A DNA stretch of 64,000 nucleotides from Brevinema andersonii (GTDB lineage Bacteria; Spirochaetota; DYKD01). Made by a program: the position numbers and the translations under genes. Numbering within the stretch: the first letter of the stretch is position 1; every line of letters starts with the position of its first letter. The notes beneath the pieces were generated by a model. That model did no database searches, was not told the origin of the DNA, and saw only the letters and a program-made list of their open reading frames with translations. This document shows, in pieces, positions 10,406 through 21,700 of this stretch. The stretch is from positions 1,304 to 65,303 of the forward strand of contig DYKD01000008.1 of the NCBI GenBank assembly GCA_020722765.1, written 5' to 3'.

Positions 10406-12068
10406 GGGAAACAATCCTGTTAAAGACAGGTTTTTGGGAAGTGAAATCATCGTCAACAGAAAAATATCCTAACCTGAGAAACTGGAACTTTTCCCCAATC
10501 TGGGCATCTTTCAACGCAGGTTCTGCCACAGCCTTCTCATTCACAGACAAAGAAGCCGGATTTAGGAGATCCGTGAATTCCTTTCCTTCAGGCACATCGT
10601 CAGGATTCTCCTGCATAAATAAATGATCATATAGACGCACTTCGACAGTAACCCCATGCTGAGCTGACACCCAGTGAAGAGTCCCCTGTACGCGCCTGTT
10701 ATCTGCTGTCCCACCACCGCGCGACTCTGGATCATATTCACATCTGATTTCAACAATATTTCCATCCGCATCCTTCACGACATCCTTGCATGTCACATAA
10801 TAAGCATGCTTGAGACGGACTTCCTTGCCTGGAGCCAACCGGAAATATTTAGGTGGGGGGACTTCCTTGAAATCATCCTGCTCAATAAAAATTTCCCTGC
10901 AGAAGGGAACTTTCCGGGTTCCAGAAGAAGGGTCTTCTGGATTGTTCTCACAGTCAAAATACTCAACCTGGTCTTCCGGATAATTTGTTATTACAAGTTT
11001 CACAGGCTGAAGTACGACCATCAGACGTTTGGCTCTCTTGTTCAGATCCTCACGCAGGCAATGTTCCAACAAAGCGATGTCCACAATGGAATTTGCTTTT
11101 GCAACACCTATCCTCCCGCAAAAATCCCGGATGGATTCCGGAGTGTAACCTCTTCTCCTCAGACCTGCAATAGTGGGCATACGTGGATCGTCCCATCCCT
11201 GGACAAAACCTTTTGTTACAAGTGTAAGCAGTTTCCTCTTGCTCATGACTGTATAAGTGAGGTTGAGACGCGCAAATTCAAACTGATGAGGCTTCGTCTT
11301 CCCTTCCCATAACTCGTTAACAAACCAGTCATACAAAGGTCTGTGATCCTCAAACTCAAGCGTACAGATTGAATGCGTTACTTCTTCTATCGCATCAGAC
11401 AAGGGATGCGCAAAATCATACATGGGGTACAAGCACCATTTGTCACCTGTCCGTGGGTGTTCGGCTTTGACAATCCTGTAAATGACAGGATCCCTCATAT
11501 TGATATTCGGTGATGACATGTCAATCTTAGCCCTCAACACACGCATTCCTTCATCAAACTCACCTTTTCTCATACGTTCAAAAAGATCGAGATTCTCTTC
11601 AACACTCCTGTTCCGAAAAGGGCTTTCCTTGCCAGGCTTCACAAGAGACCCACGGTATTCCCTGATCTGATCAGCATTCAAATCACAGACAAAAGCTTTT
11701 CCCTTCTTGATAAGCTTCACAGCCATCTGATAGATTTGTTCATAATAATCAGAAGCATAATAAAGGTGTTTTCCCCAGTCAAAACCGAGCCACCGGACAT
11801 TGTCCTGTATGGAATCAATGTATTCGTTCTCTTCCTTGGCAGGATTCGTATCATCGAACCTGAGATGGCAACGGCCTTTGTAATCCGATGCTATCCCGAA
11901 ATTAAGACAGATTGACTTCGCATGTCCGATATGAAGATAACCGTTCGGCTCAGGAGGAAATCGCGTAACCACGGTATCCATTTTTTTTGCCGCCAGATCA
12001 TCCTCTATGATACTTCTGATAAAATCCCTGGATTTCAATTCAGGTTCTTTTTCGGTAAAGTCACTCAT
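10368..12068 (-). CDS. glnS: glutamine--tRNA ligase
   Basis: Class I aaRS with HIGH ([14 protein letters not shown]) and VMSKR (KMSKS-type) motifs. It is about 566 aa with a C-terminal anticodon-binding region typical of GlnRS. Confidence 0.8.
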   Translation of the reverse strand: MSDFTEKEPELKSRDFIRSIIEDDLAAKKMDTVVTRFPPEPNGYLHIGHAKSICLNFGIASDYKGRCHLRFDDTNPAKEENEYIDSIQDNVRWLGFDWGKHLYYASDYYEQIYQMAVKLIKKGKAFVCDLNADQIREYRGSLVKPGKESPFRNRSVEENLDLFERMRKGEFDEGMRVLRAKIDMSSPNINMRDPVIYRIVKAEHPRTGDKWCLYPMYDFAHPLSDAIEEVTHSICTLEFEDHRPLYDWFVNELWEGKTKPHQFEFARLNLTYTVMSKRKLLTLVTKGFVQGWDDPRMPTIAGLRRRGYTPESIRDFCGRIGVAKANSIVDIALLEHCLREDLNKRAKRLMVVLQPVKLVITNYPEDQVEYFDCENNPEDPSSGTRKVPFCREIFIEQDDFKEVPPPKYFRLAPGKEVRLKHAYYVTCKDVVKDADGNIVEIRCEYDPESRGGGTADNRRVQGTLHWVSAQHGVTVEVRLYDHLFMQENPDDVPEGKEFTDLLNPASLSVNEKAVAEPALKDAQIGEKFQFLRLGYFSVDDDFTSQKPVFNRIVSLKDTWGKMEKKK

Positions 12069-12211
12069 GAAAATTTTCTCCTTATAAAATACGCTGATCA
12101 CAGCTCTTCATTTTTGTCCTCATTTTTTTTGGCTATGACCTTTTCTAGGAATTCTATATACATCCTATGTTAGGAATGATCCGCATATTTTCCTTCAATC
12201 CATCTCCTGGA

Positions 12212-13153
12212 TCAAAGATTGAAATTTATACCTGCATAAAAACGAAGTCCCTCATAATCACCTTTGACCACAGGGATGGAAAGTGCAAAAATCCCTTTCA
12301 ACCCTCTTACAAAACGGACAATCCCTCCGGTTGTCAGATCCAATTGTGTATGCTTCAGACAATAAGCAGTATTAAAAACCTGTAGCCCGTTCAGCTCCAG
12401 AAATATCTTATATCTGAAAATGACAGGCTTGCGTATCAGCCAGTAACTCAGATCGACATTATAGATGATATAATCATCCCTGAAAGGCCATTCACCATAC
12501 GAAGGCCCAGGCCAAAGAAATTTCAAAAAAATCCTGTGCAGATTGAAAAAATAGGATTTAGGGTTCGTCTTCGTATTCCAAGGGTCTTTGGTGATGGGAA
12601 GGAACGATTCCCCAGGATAGGACGCATAAACATAGATAAAATTAAGATACATCTCAAAATCCCCAGGGAATGAACCCAACAGGAATCCCCATCTCAAATC
12701 TTTCAAACCGTTCGAATAAGGAAAAAAGATTCCTTCATACTCGAATTGCTTCACACCAGTAGGATCATTAAACCCCAGATAAAAATTGGAGTAATACCTC
12801 GTGTCAGCCTTCTCCTGAAAAAAAGGAAACTTGAACCATCCCCGTCTTATTTGAAACCGCAAATCAATAAGGATATCACCTAAGGAAGTCTGTTGCATAA
12901 GCGACGGGTCAGTGACTCGGATAATGGGAATCCATCCTGAAAATTCAACCCTTCCGGTCAACCCAATCTGTGGCAAAATCACATATTCCCTAATCACCCG
13001 CGAATTTGTTATTCCTTGGAATTCAGTCAACATGAAACCTAGATTGAACCTGTCCGCATCAATACTATATGACTGTTTGGTAAGAATCTGACTATCGAGT
13101 AATCCGTATGAAAGAAAAAAAAGAATAAGGAAGTATGGAAAAGTCCTTTTCAT
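12212..13153 (-). CDS. putative outer-membrane beta-barrel protein
   Basis: Signal peptide MKRTFPYFLILFFLSYGL. The sequence is aromatic- and glycine-rich with alternating hydrophobic residues. The C-terminus ends GINFNL. Confidence 0.4.
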   Translation of the reverse strand: MKRTFPYFLILFFLSYGLLDSQILTKQSYSIDADRFNLGFMLTEFQGITNSRVIREYVILPQIGLTGRVEFSGWIPIIRVTDPSLMQQTSLGDILIDLRFQIRRGWFKFPFFQEKADTRYYSNFYLGFNDPTGVKQFEYEGIFFPYSNGLKDLRWGFLLGSFPGDFEMYLNFIYVYASYPGESFLPITKDPWNTKTNPKSYFFNLHRIFLKFLWPGPSYGEWPFRDDYIIYNVDLSYWLIRKPVIFRYKIFLELNGLQVFNTAYCLKHTQLDLTTGGIVRFVRGLKGIFALSIPVVKGDYEGLRFYAGINFNL

Positions 13154-13261
13154 CCTGTCCCCATAATAAAAGCTTTTCCGCCCTGCTTATCGTCACCTCT
13201 CCTTAGATCATCATGTTCAGGAGAGGTCAGACGATGAGTGACGGGGGGGATCCTGTAGAAA

Positions 13262-13609
13262 CTACCTGTTCACAGTCTCCACGATTTTCTTGAACACTGC
13301 TGGTTCACGTACTGCGATATTGGCAAGTATCTTCCTGTTGACCAGAACCTTTGCCACCCCCAGTTTCTTAATGAACTGGCTGTAGGAAAGTCCCAACTGG
13401 CGAACTGCCGCTCCAAGACGGATAATCCAAAGACCACGCATATCTCGTTTTTTACGTCTGCGATCCTTGTAAGCATCAGCTAATGCATGGAAAACCGCTG
13501 TCCTTGCAACACGGTAATTGTTCTTTCTGCGACCTCTAAAACCCTTGGCCAGTTTCAGGATCTTGTTTCTTCTGCTGTGGTGGGCAGGACCACTTTTTAC
13601 TCTTGGCAT
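13262..13609 (-). CDS. rplT: 50S ribosomal protein L20
   Basis: MPRVKSGPAHHSRRNKILKLAKGFRGRRK... is a canonical L20 sequence. Confidence 0.95.
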   Translation of the reverse strand: MPRVKSGPAHHSRRNKILKLAKGFRGRRKNNYRVARTAVFHALADAYKDRRRKKRDMRGLWIIRLGAAVRQLGLSYSQFIKKLGVAKVLVNRKILANIAVREPAVFKKIVETVNR

Positions 13610-13634
13610 GTTTTTTTCTCCTTATATTATCTGA

Positions 13635-13829
13635 TCAACATTCCAACATGCGACGTGTCCGGTTCTCGTCCGAATGATGGACAACGAGACCTTTCCGTAA
13701 CGCACGTTTGCGATCTTGATTCCTTTTTGTGAGGATATGTCTTCGATTCGCCCTTGTCCGCTTTATCTTACCGGACTTCAAAAGTTTGAACCGTTTCTTT
13801 GCTGCTTTAATGCTTTTCATTTTCGGCAT
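13635..13829 (-). CDS. rpmI: 50S ribosomal protein L35
   Basis: MPKMKSIKAAKKRFKLLKSGKIKR..., 64 aa, sitting between infC and rplT. Confidence 0.9.
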   Translation of the reverse strand: MPKMKSIKAAKKRFKLLKSGKIKRTRANRRHILTKRNQDRKRALRKGLVVHHSDENRTRRMLEC

Positions 13830-14382
13830 GGTTTGACTCCTTCTTCTTATTCTGCTTTTTTACTGGTACGAAAAGCGCCGAGTAGTTCCGTCCTTCCATG
13901 ATCGGGGACGACTCTATCGTCGCATAATCAGCCAGCTTTTCTATGATAATTTTCATCAGCTGCTCTCCAAATTCTCTATGCGTCATCTCACGGCCTTTGA
14001 ACATTACTGTCATCTTTACCTTGTCACCGTGTTGCAGGAAATCGATGGCGTTCTTGAGCTTGAACTCCAGATCGTGTTCCTGAGTCTGAGGCCTTACCTT
14101 GACTTCTTTCAGTTTTGCAACATGCTGCTTCTTCCTTGATTCCTTCACTTTCTTCTCGCGTACGAACTTGAACTTTCCATAATCCATGATCTTGCAGATA
14201 GGTGGCACTGCCTGTGGCTGAATCTCAACAAGATCGAGACCTGCCTCCAAAGCCCTCTGTAAAGCCACATCAATACTGAGGTCTTCTACCTTGCCATCAA
14301 GGTCAATCAACCGGATCTTGTTGTCCTGTGTCCGGATTTCGCGGTTTATCCGCTGTTCATTGCTTTTTTTGAAATTAGAAAT
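13807..14382 (-). CDS. infC: translation initiation factor IF-3 (probable AUU start)
   Basis: Shows the IF-3 N- and C-domain pattern (IRLIDLDGKVEDL...). The listed ORF begins at an internal TTG. A GGAGGA RBS followed by an in-frame ATT 24 codons upstream fits the known infC AUU start. Confidence 0.8.
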   Translation of the reverse strand: MSNFKKSNEQRINREIRTQDNKIRLIDLDGKVEDLSIDVALQRALEAGLDLVEIQPQAVPPICKIMDYGKFKFVREKKVKESRKKQHVAKLKEVKVRPQTQEHDLEFKLKNAIDFLQHGDKVKMTVMFKGREMTHREFGEQLMKIIIEKLADYATIESSPIMEGRNYSALFVPVKKQNKKKESNHAENEKH

Positions 14383-14398
14383 AACCGTCCTCCTTGGA

Positions 14399-16318
14399 TC
14401 AGCTTTTATTCTTGATCTCTTCCAAAACCATTTTTATGGCGTCTTCTATCTGCATCACTGTCTGTTCATCAGAATCACGTCTTCGCAGGTTGACAGTCCC
14501 CTGCTCAAGTTCCTTGTCTCCTATGACGAACATGACAGGAATCTTTCTCATCTGGCCTTCACGTATCTTGTATCCAAGCTTGTTGTCTGACAGATCAGCT
14601 TCAGCACGGACAAGAGAACCGACCAACTGGTCTCTCAGCTTTATAGCTGCGCCCATCTGCTTCTCGCCGATGGGAATGACTAGGACTTGCACAGGCGACA
14701 ACCATAACGGAAACTTTCCGCTATAGTGTTCAATCAGAGTTCCTACAAACCGTTCCATGGAACCCAGCACAGCCCTGTGAATCATGACCGGAACATGTTC
14801 CTTGCCATCATTTCCGATATATGTCATATTGAATCTGGAGGGGAGATTGAAATCTACCTGTATTGTCGGTCCTTGCCACTCACGACCGATCGCATCCACG
14901 AGCTTGATGTCAATCTTCGGACCGTAAAAAGCTCCACCGCCCTCATCCACGGAATATTCCACTTTATGATGTTCCATGGATTTCCGCAGTGACTCAGTCG
15001 CTTTTTCCCAAAGTTCAAGAGTTCCAACGTACTTTTCAGGTCTAGTGGAAAGCATCACTTTGACGTTTCCAAAACCGAATGTGGTCATCATGTATGATAC
15101 AAGTTCTAACACTCCCACAAGTTCGTTTTCAAGCTGGTCTTCACGGCAGAAGATATGGCCATCATCCTGCGTAAAACCACGGACCCTCAACATGCCATGA
15201 AGCACACCGGATTTCTCATAACGATAGACAGTCCCAAGCTCTGCCCATCTATAAGGCAAATCACGATAACTGCGTATGGCTGTCTTGTAGATCAATATAT
15301 GGAAAGGACAGTTCATAGGTTTGATGATGAAATCCGTTCCATCCACATCGATGGGAGAATACATGTTTTCCGTATAGTTTTCAAGATGACCGCTTATACG
15401 CCAGAGTTCTGAATTTGCAATATGAGGAGAATAGACAAGATGATAACCGCGCTTTGCATGCACTTCACGCCAGAATTGCTCTATCGTATCGCGGATGGCT
15501 GCGCCGTTAGGATGCCAGAAAATAAGACCAGGTCCTGCAGCATCCTGTATGCTGAACAGATCCAACTCTTTACCAAGCTTACGGTGATCACGCTTCTCAG
15601 CCTCTTCCATCCGTTTCTGATAATCCTTCCATTCCTGTTCAGAGGAAAACGCCTCTCCATAGATACGTTGAAGCATCTTGTTCTTCTCATTACCACGCCA
15701 GTATGCGCCAGCAACCTTGAGAAGCTTGATGAACTTCATCCTACCTGTGGAAACAAGATGCGGTCCACGGCAAAGGTCAAAAAAATCACCTTGATGATAA
15801 AAAGACACGACCGCATCAGGAATCTCTTCTATGATTTCGACCTTATAGGGATTCCCTTCATTTTTATAGATGGAAACCGCATCGGCTTTTGCAATCTCCT
15901 TTCTTGTGATTGCCATATTTTCCGAAATGATTTTCCTTATCTCTTCTTCAATCTTTGAAAAATCTTCCTCAGTGAACCTGTGTTCAGAATCAAGGTCATA
16001 GTAGAAACCATCATCAACAGAAGGACCGATAGTCAATTTTGTGGAGGGATACAAGCGCATGATAGCTTGCGCCATGATGTGGGAGGCAGTATGCCTATAA
16101 ACATCCTTGGCAGCCTTATCCTTTAGCTTCAAAAAAAGAATCTTGGAATCCGTGAGTAAAGAGGCGGAAAGATCTGACAAATGTCCGTTCACTTCAGCAA
16201 CAACAGTCTCTTTTTCCAATCCACGGCTTATGGAAGCAGCTATCTGCAGAGGTGTTGTGCCTTTTAGGAATTCCTTCTTGTTTCCATCCGGGAATTCAAT
16301 GAGAATGTTTTCTGACAC
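14399..16318 (-). CDS. thrS: threonine--tRNA ligase (GTG start)
   Basis: 639 aa with an N-terminal TGS domain, a class II catalytic core and a C-terminal anticodon-binding domain. It is in the conserved thrS-infC-rpmI-rplT order. Confidence 0.9.
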   Translation of the reverse strand: MSENILIEFPDGNKKEFLKGTTPLQIAASISRGLEKETVVAEVNGHLSDLSASLLTDSKILFLKLKDKAAKDVYRHTASHIMAQAIMRLYPSTKLTIGPSVDDGFYYDLDSEHRFTEEDFSKIEEEIRKIISENMAITRKEIAKADAVSIYKNEGNPYKVEIIEEIPDAVVSFYHQGDFFDLCRGPHLVSTGRMKFIKLLKVAGAYWRGNEKNKMLQRIYGEAFSSEQEWKDYQKRMEEAEKRDHRKLGKELDLFSIQDAAGPGLIFWHPNGAAIRDTIEQFWREVHAKRGYHLVYSPHIANSELWRISGHLENYTENMYSPIDVDGTDFIIKPMNCPFHILIYKTAIRSYRDLPYRWAELGTVYRYEKSGVLHGMLRVRGFTQDDGHIFCREDQLENELVGVLELVSYMMTTFGFGNVKVMLSTRPEKYVGTLELWEKATESLRKSMEHHKVEYSVDEGGGAFYGPKIDIKLVDAIGREWQGPTIQVDFNLPSRFNMTYIGNDGKEHVPVMIHRAVLGSMERFVGTLIEHYSGKFPLWLSPVQVLVIPIGEKQMGAAIKLRDQLVGSLVRAEADLSDNKLGYKIREGQMRKIPVMFVIGDKELEQGTVNLRRRDSDEQTVMQIEDAIKMVLEEIKNKS

Positions 16319-16419
16319 CTTGACCTCGCAAAATAGATGATGGTTGATTGTAGATAGAGGATAGGCGCTCTACACCAGGATTCCAGCTATCAACCATCAA
16401 CGATTCACAATTCACCATG

Positions 16420-16492
16420 TGGGCGATACAGGGTTCGAACCTATGACATCCTGGTTGTGACCCAGGCACTCTACCAACTGAGTTAATCGCCC
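16420..16492 (-). tRNA. tRNA-Val (anticodon CAC)
   Basis: Manual fold of the reverse complement shows a GGGCGAT/ATCGCCC acceptor stem, a TCAGTTGGTAGAG D-loop, a CCTGG/CCAGG anticodon stem with loop GUCACAA, and a GGTTCGAAC T-loop. No CCA is encoded. Confidence 0.75.
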
Positions 16493-16569
16493 TCTTAGCG
16501 GATAGATGATGGAAGATAAAAGATACTCTTTTTCGACTATCTACTATATGCCATCGACCATCTACAATA

Positions 16570-16642
16570 TGGGCGATACAGGGATCGAACCTATGACCTT
16601 CTGTACGTCAAACAGACGCTCTCCCAGCTGAGCTAATCGCCC
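16570..16642 (-). tRNA. tRNA-Val (anticodon GAC)
   Basis: The reverse complement has acceptor GGGCGAT/ATCGCCC, D-loop TAGCTCAGCTGGGAGAGC, anticodon stem TCTGT/ACAGA with loop UUGACGU, and T-loop GGTTCGATC. Confidence 0.75.
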
Positions 16643-16657
16643 AAATAAGTGGAATTT

Positions 16658-16686
16658 ATTATAACAAAAAATGAGGGACTTGTCAA
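16658..16686 (-). promoter_or_regulatory. sigma70 consensus promoter for the tRNA-Val pair
   Basis: On the minus strand: TTGACA, a 17-nt spacer, then TATAAT, about 15 nt upstream of the second tRNA. Confidence 0.6.
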
Positions 16687-17002
16687 ATTTTTTATAATCA
16701 GTTAAGCCCAATATCAGAGGTTTTCAAGCAAAAAAGTCTTATTTTATGGTTCTGTAAGAATTTGAGTGGGGAGAAAAAACACATTAGCTACCTTGACATG
16801 CTTTGACCTGGTATCTTCGAGCCAAACAGCCACAGATATGACTATGACCCATTTTCCGATTTGAAGGCAGAAAACATCGATAACCTTCCGTAGACGCAGT
16901 TGGGCAGTTGGCTGGGATAGGGTCGGGTTATGATGAATTATACAGCAAGAACTAATTATCTATATGAATGCAATTAAAATATAAAATTTTTTTTACAACT
17001 CC

Positions 17003-17031
17003 TTGACAAAAGGTTAAAAAATGATTATAAT
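17003..17031 (+). promoter_or_regulatory. sigma70 consensus promoter upstream of the ompA-family gene
   Basis: TTGACA (17003-17008), a 17-nt spacer, then TATAAT (17026-17031). Confidence 0.6.
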
Positions 17032-17090
17032 GTAAACATAAAGTTTATTTATTGTTAATTTTATACGAAATAAAGGGACATGAAAAAATT

Positions 17091-17116
17091 TGTTCTGACA
17101 GTTTCTTGTCAGAACA
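17091..17116 (+). promoter_or_regulatory. perfect 10-bp inverted repeat in 5' UTR (TGTTCTGACA-N6-TGTCAGAACA)
   Basis: Perfect palindrome immediately upstream of the RBS (AAAGGTGG) of the 17134 gene. It could be an operator or an RNA hairpin. Confidence 0.4.
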
Positions 17117-17133
17117 AAAGGTGGTAATATAAT

Positions 17134-18507
17134 ATGAAGAAGATTCATGTTGTTGTCTTTTTTTTGGTTACAGTTGGAATTCTTACAGTTTCTATGGCTG
17201 ACAACAAGATAGAAGAAGCTAAAAAACTATATAACGAAGGATTAAAATATTATTTAAAACGGGATTTCAAAAACGCCTCACAAGAATGGAATAAGGCATT
17301 GCTTCTTGATAATGAAAATGAGAAAATCAAAGAGTATCTTGACAAAGCCCAGTCTAAATACTATGAATCCTTACAGTTATTTTTTCAGGGCCTTGACGAC
17401 TTCAAACGAGGAAACTATCCAGCCGCTGAAAAGGCATTCCAGGACTCTTTGCTTATCAATCCACTTGATGAAAAGGCAATGTATTATCTCCGGTTATGTT
17501 CTGTTCCAAAAGTAGAGCTTGCTAATACAGATCCTGTTGTAACTGCAAATCAGACTTTTGAAATAACATCTTCTATTAATAAGGAAACCACCGTCCCTGA
17601 CTGGATCGAGAAATGGGAACTTGATTTTTTTGACTCTAAGAAAAAAATCAAGACTATTACCGGACTTTTAGACCCGCCTTCTAAACTGACAGTTGATTTG
17701 CGTGACATCGCAGAAACCCTTTCTGAAACGGAAAAAATAGACTACTCCATGACCCTCATATCCATATATGGAAGGACACACATTGTTTCAACCAATTTCA
17801 TAAAGACAGACAACAAGGGACCGGAAATAACAGTTTCCTCCCCTTCCAATTTTTCGCCAGACACCCTGACAGGACAAAGCAACAAGCTGAATATCAGTTT
17901 CAATGTCAAAGACAAATCAGGTCTCACTAATGTTATTTTACAAATTTACAATGAATCACAGGACAGGATGCTTGGAAGCTTTCCTATAAAAAATCTCAAC
18001 AATTTTCTATGGGACGCACACATCGCTGATGGCTCAAGAATCTCTGGCGGAACAGTCATTTATTACAGGATCAAAGCCATAGACCGGCTGATGAACGAAT
18101 CCCAATCCCCTTTTAAGCGAGTTAGCACTTCGATTGTACTTCAAAAAAGAGAAGACAATACCGTTGCTATGAATCTCCCAAACATAGAATTTGAATTTGG
18201 AAAAGCGAATCTACTGAAATCCTCCTTTACAATTCTAAACAGGGTGGGAGCCATTTTGACTGCATATTCCAATTCTAAATTTGCAATTGAAGGACATACT
18301 GACAATATTGGATCAAAAGACAGAAATATCATATTGTCAAAAATGCGTGCAGAATCTGTTTCAAAATATTTGCAAGATCATTTCAATCTCGGTAATGACC
18401 GTATGATAATCAAAGGCTATGGCGATTCAAAGCCCAAGTTTCCAAATAATACCGAAGAAAACAGAAAGCGCAATCGTCGTGTGGAGGTTGTCATCCTTAA
18501 CCAATAG
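17134..18507 (+). CDS. OmpA-family protein with N-terminal TPR-like region (PorE-like architecture)
   Basis: Signal peptide, TPR-like helices, a middle beta-rich region, and a C-terminal OmpA_C domain (KFAIEGHTDNIGSKDRNIILSKMRAESV...NRRVEVVI). Confidence 0.75.
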   Translation: MKKIHVVVFFLVTVGILTVSMADNKIEEAKKLYNEGLKYYLKRDFKNASQEWNKALLLDNENEKIKEYLDKAQSKYYESLQLFFQGLDDFKRGNYPAAEKAFQDSLLINPLDEKAMYYLRLCSVPKVELANTDPVVTANQTFEITSSINKETTVPDWIEKWELDFFDSKKKIKTITGLLDPPSKLTVDLRDIAETLSETEKIDYSMTLISIYGRTHIVSTNFIKTDNKGPEITVSSPSNFSPDTLTGQSNKLNISFNVKDKSGLTNVILQIYNESQDRMLGSFPIKNLNNFLWDAHIADGSRISGGTVIYYRIKAIDRLMNESQSPFKRVSTSIVLQKREDNTVAMNLPNIEFEFGKANLLKSSFTILNRVGAILTAYSNSKFAIEGHTDNIGSKDRNIILSKMRAESVSKYLQDHFNLGNDRMIIKGYGDSKPKFPNNTEENRKRNRRVEVVILNQ

Positions 18508-18706
18508 TCCTATTCCTTTTCAGCTTTGATTGTTTCTGCCATATGTGTCACACCCTCCAAGCTAAAAAAGAATGACAAAGCATAGAACAATATCAGAATT
18601 GTTCCATGAAAAGGATTGCATTAACAATCCATTCGAATGGCTTAAAAAAGATCTTATGGTGTCATAATCGTGCTATGACGACCTATTAGGACTTGAAGGA
18701 GACTTT

Positions 18707-21700
18707 ATGTTTACAAAAAATATGAAAATAATATTTTTGCCTGTTGCACTGCTTGTTTATGCAAATATTTCCTATGGACAGTTTATGACAAATACTCCTG
18801 CAACATCAATATTAGAATTTAGCGTATTTGCAACCGCTAGTAATATGACGTCCATGGTGAGTAATGTCGTCATGACCAATAAGGTTGCCAGCAATTATGG
18901 GGGGCGTTTATTAACGATTTCCACGGATAGGGCAGCTATTATCCTCTTGAAGACTAATAAGACAACAAATTATCTGAAAAATTTAGGCAACCACGATGAT
19001 ACATTCAGATTGCGAATTATTAAGACAAATCTCAGTGTGGCTGGCCTTAAATTCAGATATTGGTTTGAGGATATTAATGGAATAAAAATAAGCAATTTAG
19101 GCCCAATCCCACGTCATTCTACAAACAAGTTCAAATTTAATGTTGTTTTTTCCAATGGGAACATGCCAAATCATGTTGAATTCCGTCTTGGTGCCCAGTC
19201 AATGATGGGAATGAACACATTTTCCACAGCCTACACAGGTGATTACAATGCCATCAAATATGGAGGGGATATTGGGAAATCAGGATTAAAAGGGGTTGTT
19301 CCTCAAACAAATGCGCCCTATCAGAATGACAGCTTCATAAGATTTTCAATAGGAGATAACACTCCGCCAACCTGGGTTACGTTATACAAGCCTTACACGA
19401 ATACGTATACTAATAATACAACAGTCTATTTCTGTTGGGGAAAAGCCAGCGATCTGGAGAGTGACATAGCTGGATATCAGATTGAAGTGGATGATGATCC
19501 AAGTTTCGCATTCCCTGAAAAATCATCAAATATAGTTGACTCCACAATAACAAACTGTACGTTGACATTGACAGAAGGATTGAAATATTGGCGCGTGCGG
19601 GCACTGAATGGTGCAGGCATGTATAGTACTACGAATAGGGTATGGAATTTCAAAATTGACACAATTTTACCAACAGCACCGCTCCTAGTATTTCCCAAGA
19701 ACAATACATGCACGAACAACGGATCATTGAACATCAGATGGACGAAGTCGTCAGATGCAGGAAGCGGAATATCAAACTATCATGTTGTCATGTCATCGAA
19801 CAACTGGTCAAGCACACAGAGAAGCATGTGGTCAGGCAGCAGTGGAACAACGAATATAGTACTGGTACTAGGTAACAGCTTATGGAGATGGAAAGTGCTT
19901 GCAAAAGATAAGGATGGTAACATCGGGCTATACAGTGGTGTGAGTAACTTCACTGTTGATACACTCGCACCCAATGCACCCACCTTGTCAGTGCCACTCA
20001 ACAATGTGATGACGAATACGGGAGTCCTCTCGTTCAGGTGGAATAAGACAACAGACAACGGATTGGCTGGAATCACGAACTATCATATCGTGATGTCATC
20101 GAACAACTGGATTTCCACACAGAAAAGTGTCTGGTCAGGCAGCAGTGAAACCACAAACATAGCCTTGACACTCGGTAACAGTCTGTGGAGATGGAAAGTC
20201 ATAGCAAAGGACAAGGCAGGAAACACAAACATTTCAGCTGTTTCCACTTTCATCATTGATACACAAGCCCCCAATGTTACACTCTTGAGCAGTCCTTCGA
20301 ATAACACGATGACAAATACCGGCAACATCACTTTCAATTGGTATAAACCTCTTGATAATGGCTTGACAGGCATTTCCAATTACATGTTGATCATATCTTC
20401 CAATAATTTCGTATCAACACAGAGAAGCTACAATGTGATTGGAAGCAACCAGCTCAGTTATGTCCCTGCTCCCTTGAGTGCGGGAGTCTGGACATGGAGA
20501 GTGGCAGCTGTCGACAAAGTGAACAATGTCGGAACATGGAGTGCTGTGTGGACAAACACAATAGATCTTATCGTTCCTTCAATTTCCTTGATTTCACCCA
20601 CAAATCAGTCCATCCTGGATATGACAAATGTGACTCTCCTGTGGAGTTCAAGCGATGATTTGACTGGTGTAACAGAGACTACTCTTGCAGTCTATACAAA
20701 CGGTGTAAATTACATACTTACAAATCTCCTTGTATCAACCCAGTATGTTGATGTCTTTACTGGTACAAACTATACCTGGAGAGTTCGTGTCCAGGATAAA
20801 GCTGGAAATACGAACTGGAGCGTTTTGAATGCTTTTCGCATACGGCTTGCAGACCACATGCCACCAACCGCTGTCAGTCTGATAGGACCAACGAATCATA
20901 GTTGGACTTCAAACCTCCAGAGTTCTTATGGTTGGACAAGATCTACAGACTTAAGCGGAACTGTTACAAATTACAGGATTGAACTCTCTACAGACAATTT
21001 TATGACTGTTGTCATTGCTTCAAATATCACTACGACTAATGCAGTTGTTTCTGTGACAGGTGAGGGGTCATGGTACTGGAGAATCTGGAGTTTCGATGCT
21101 TCTGGAAACAGCAATGTTTCCATGTCTTTTACGAACAATATTGACAGGACAGCACCCTTTATCTCACTCTTAACCCCATCAGACAACGGATTGCTCCTGC
21201 AGAATGATGTCACATTCAATTGGAGTGCCAATGATGGATTAGGTATTGGAGTCCAGGATTATCTGCTTCAAATAAGTGCCGATGATTTTGTGACAGTTTT
21301 TAAATTTACAAATCTCACAGGAACAGCCAGCCAGCTCACATTGACAAACGACACTTGGCAGTGGAGAGTCAGGGCCGTTGATCAGCTTGGAAATGCACGT
21401 TACTCTGTAACAAACACTTTCGAAGTGAGACCCTATTTCGCTTCTGTTACTGGAAATATCCGTGTCACTGATGGAGTCCATGACATAGTGATTGGAAGTT
21501 CATCAGCAGACACCAATCAGCGGGTGGCAGGAAATACGGGAGTGAAGATTTTTATCCCTATGGGAGGCGATGTCAATCCTTCCAGTTCTATACAAATCTA
21601 TTACACCTTGGACGGATCAATTCCGATGACAAATGTCAATCCTCTTACGGCAACCTGGAATGGGACAATGTGGCTGGTAGACATTCCTGATGCTATCACC

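Noticed and set aside
16320-16420. T-box leader upstream of thrS
   Set aside because: Only about 100 nt separate the tRNA 3' end from thrS. The T-box conserved sequence AATTAGGGTGGTACCGCG is absent.
16320-16700. tRNA-Val pair as an integration site for a mobile element or prophage
   Set aside because: There is no integrase, no direct repeat of the tRNA 3' end, and no phage-like genes on either side. The flanks are thrS and an envelope-protein operon.
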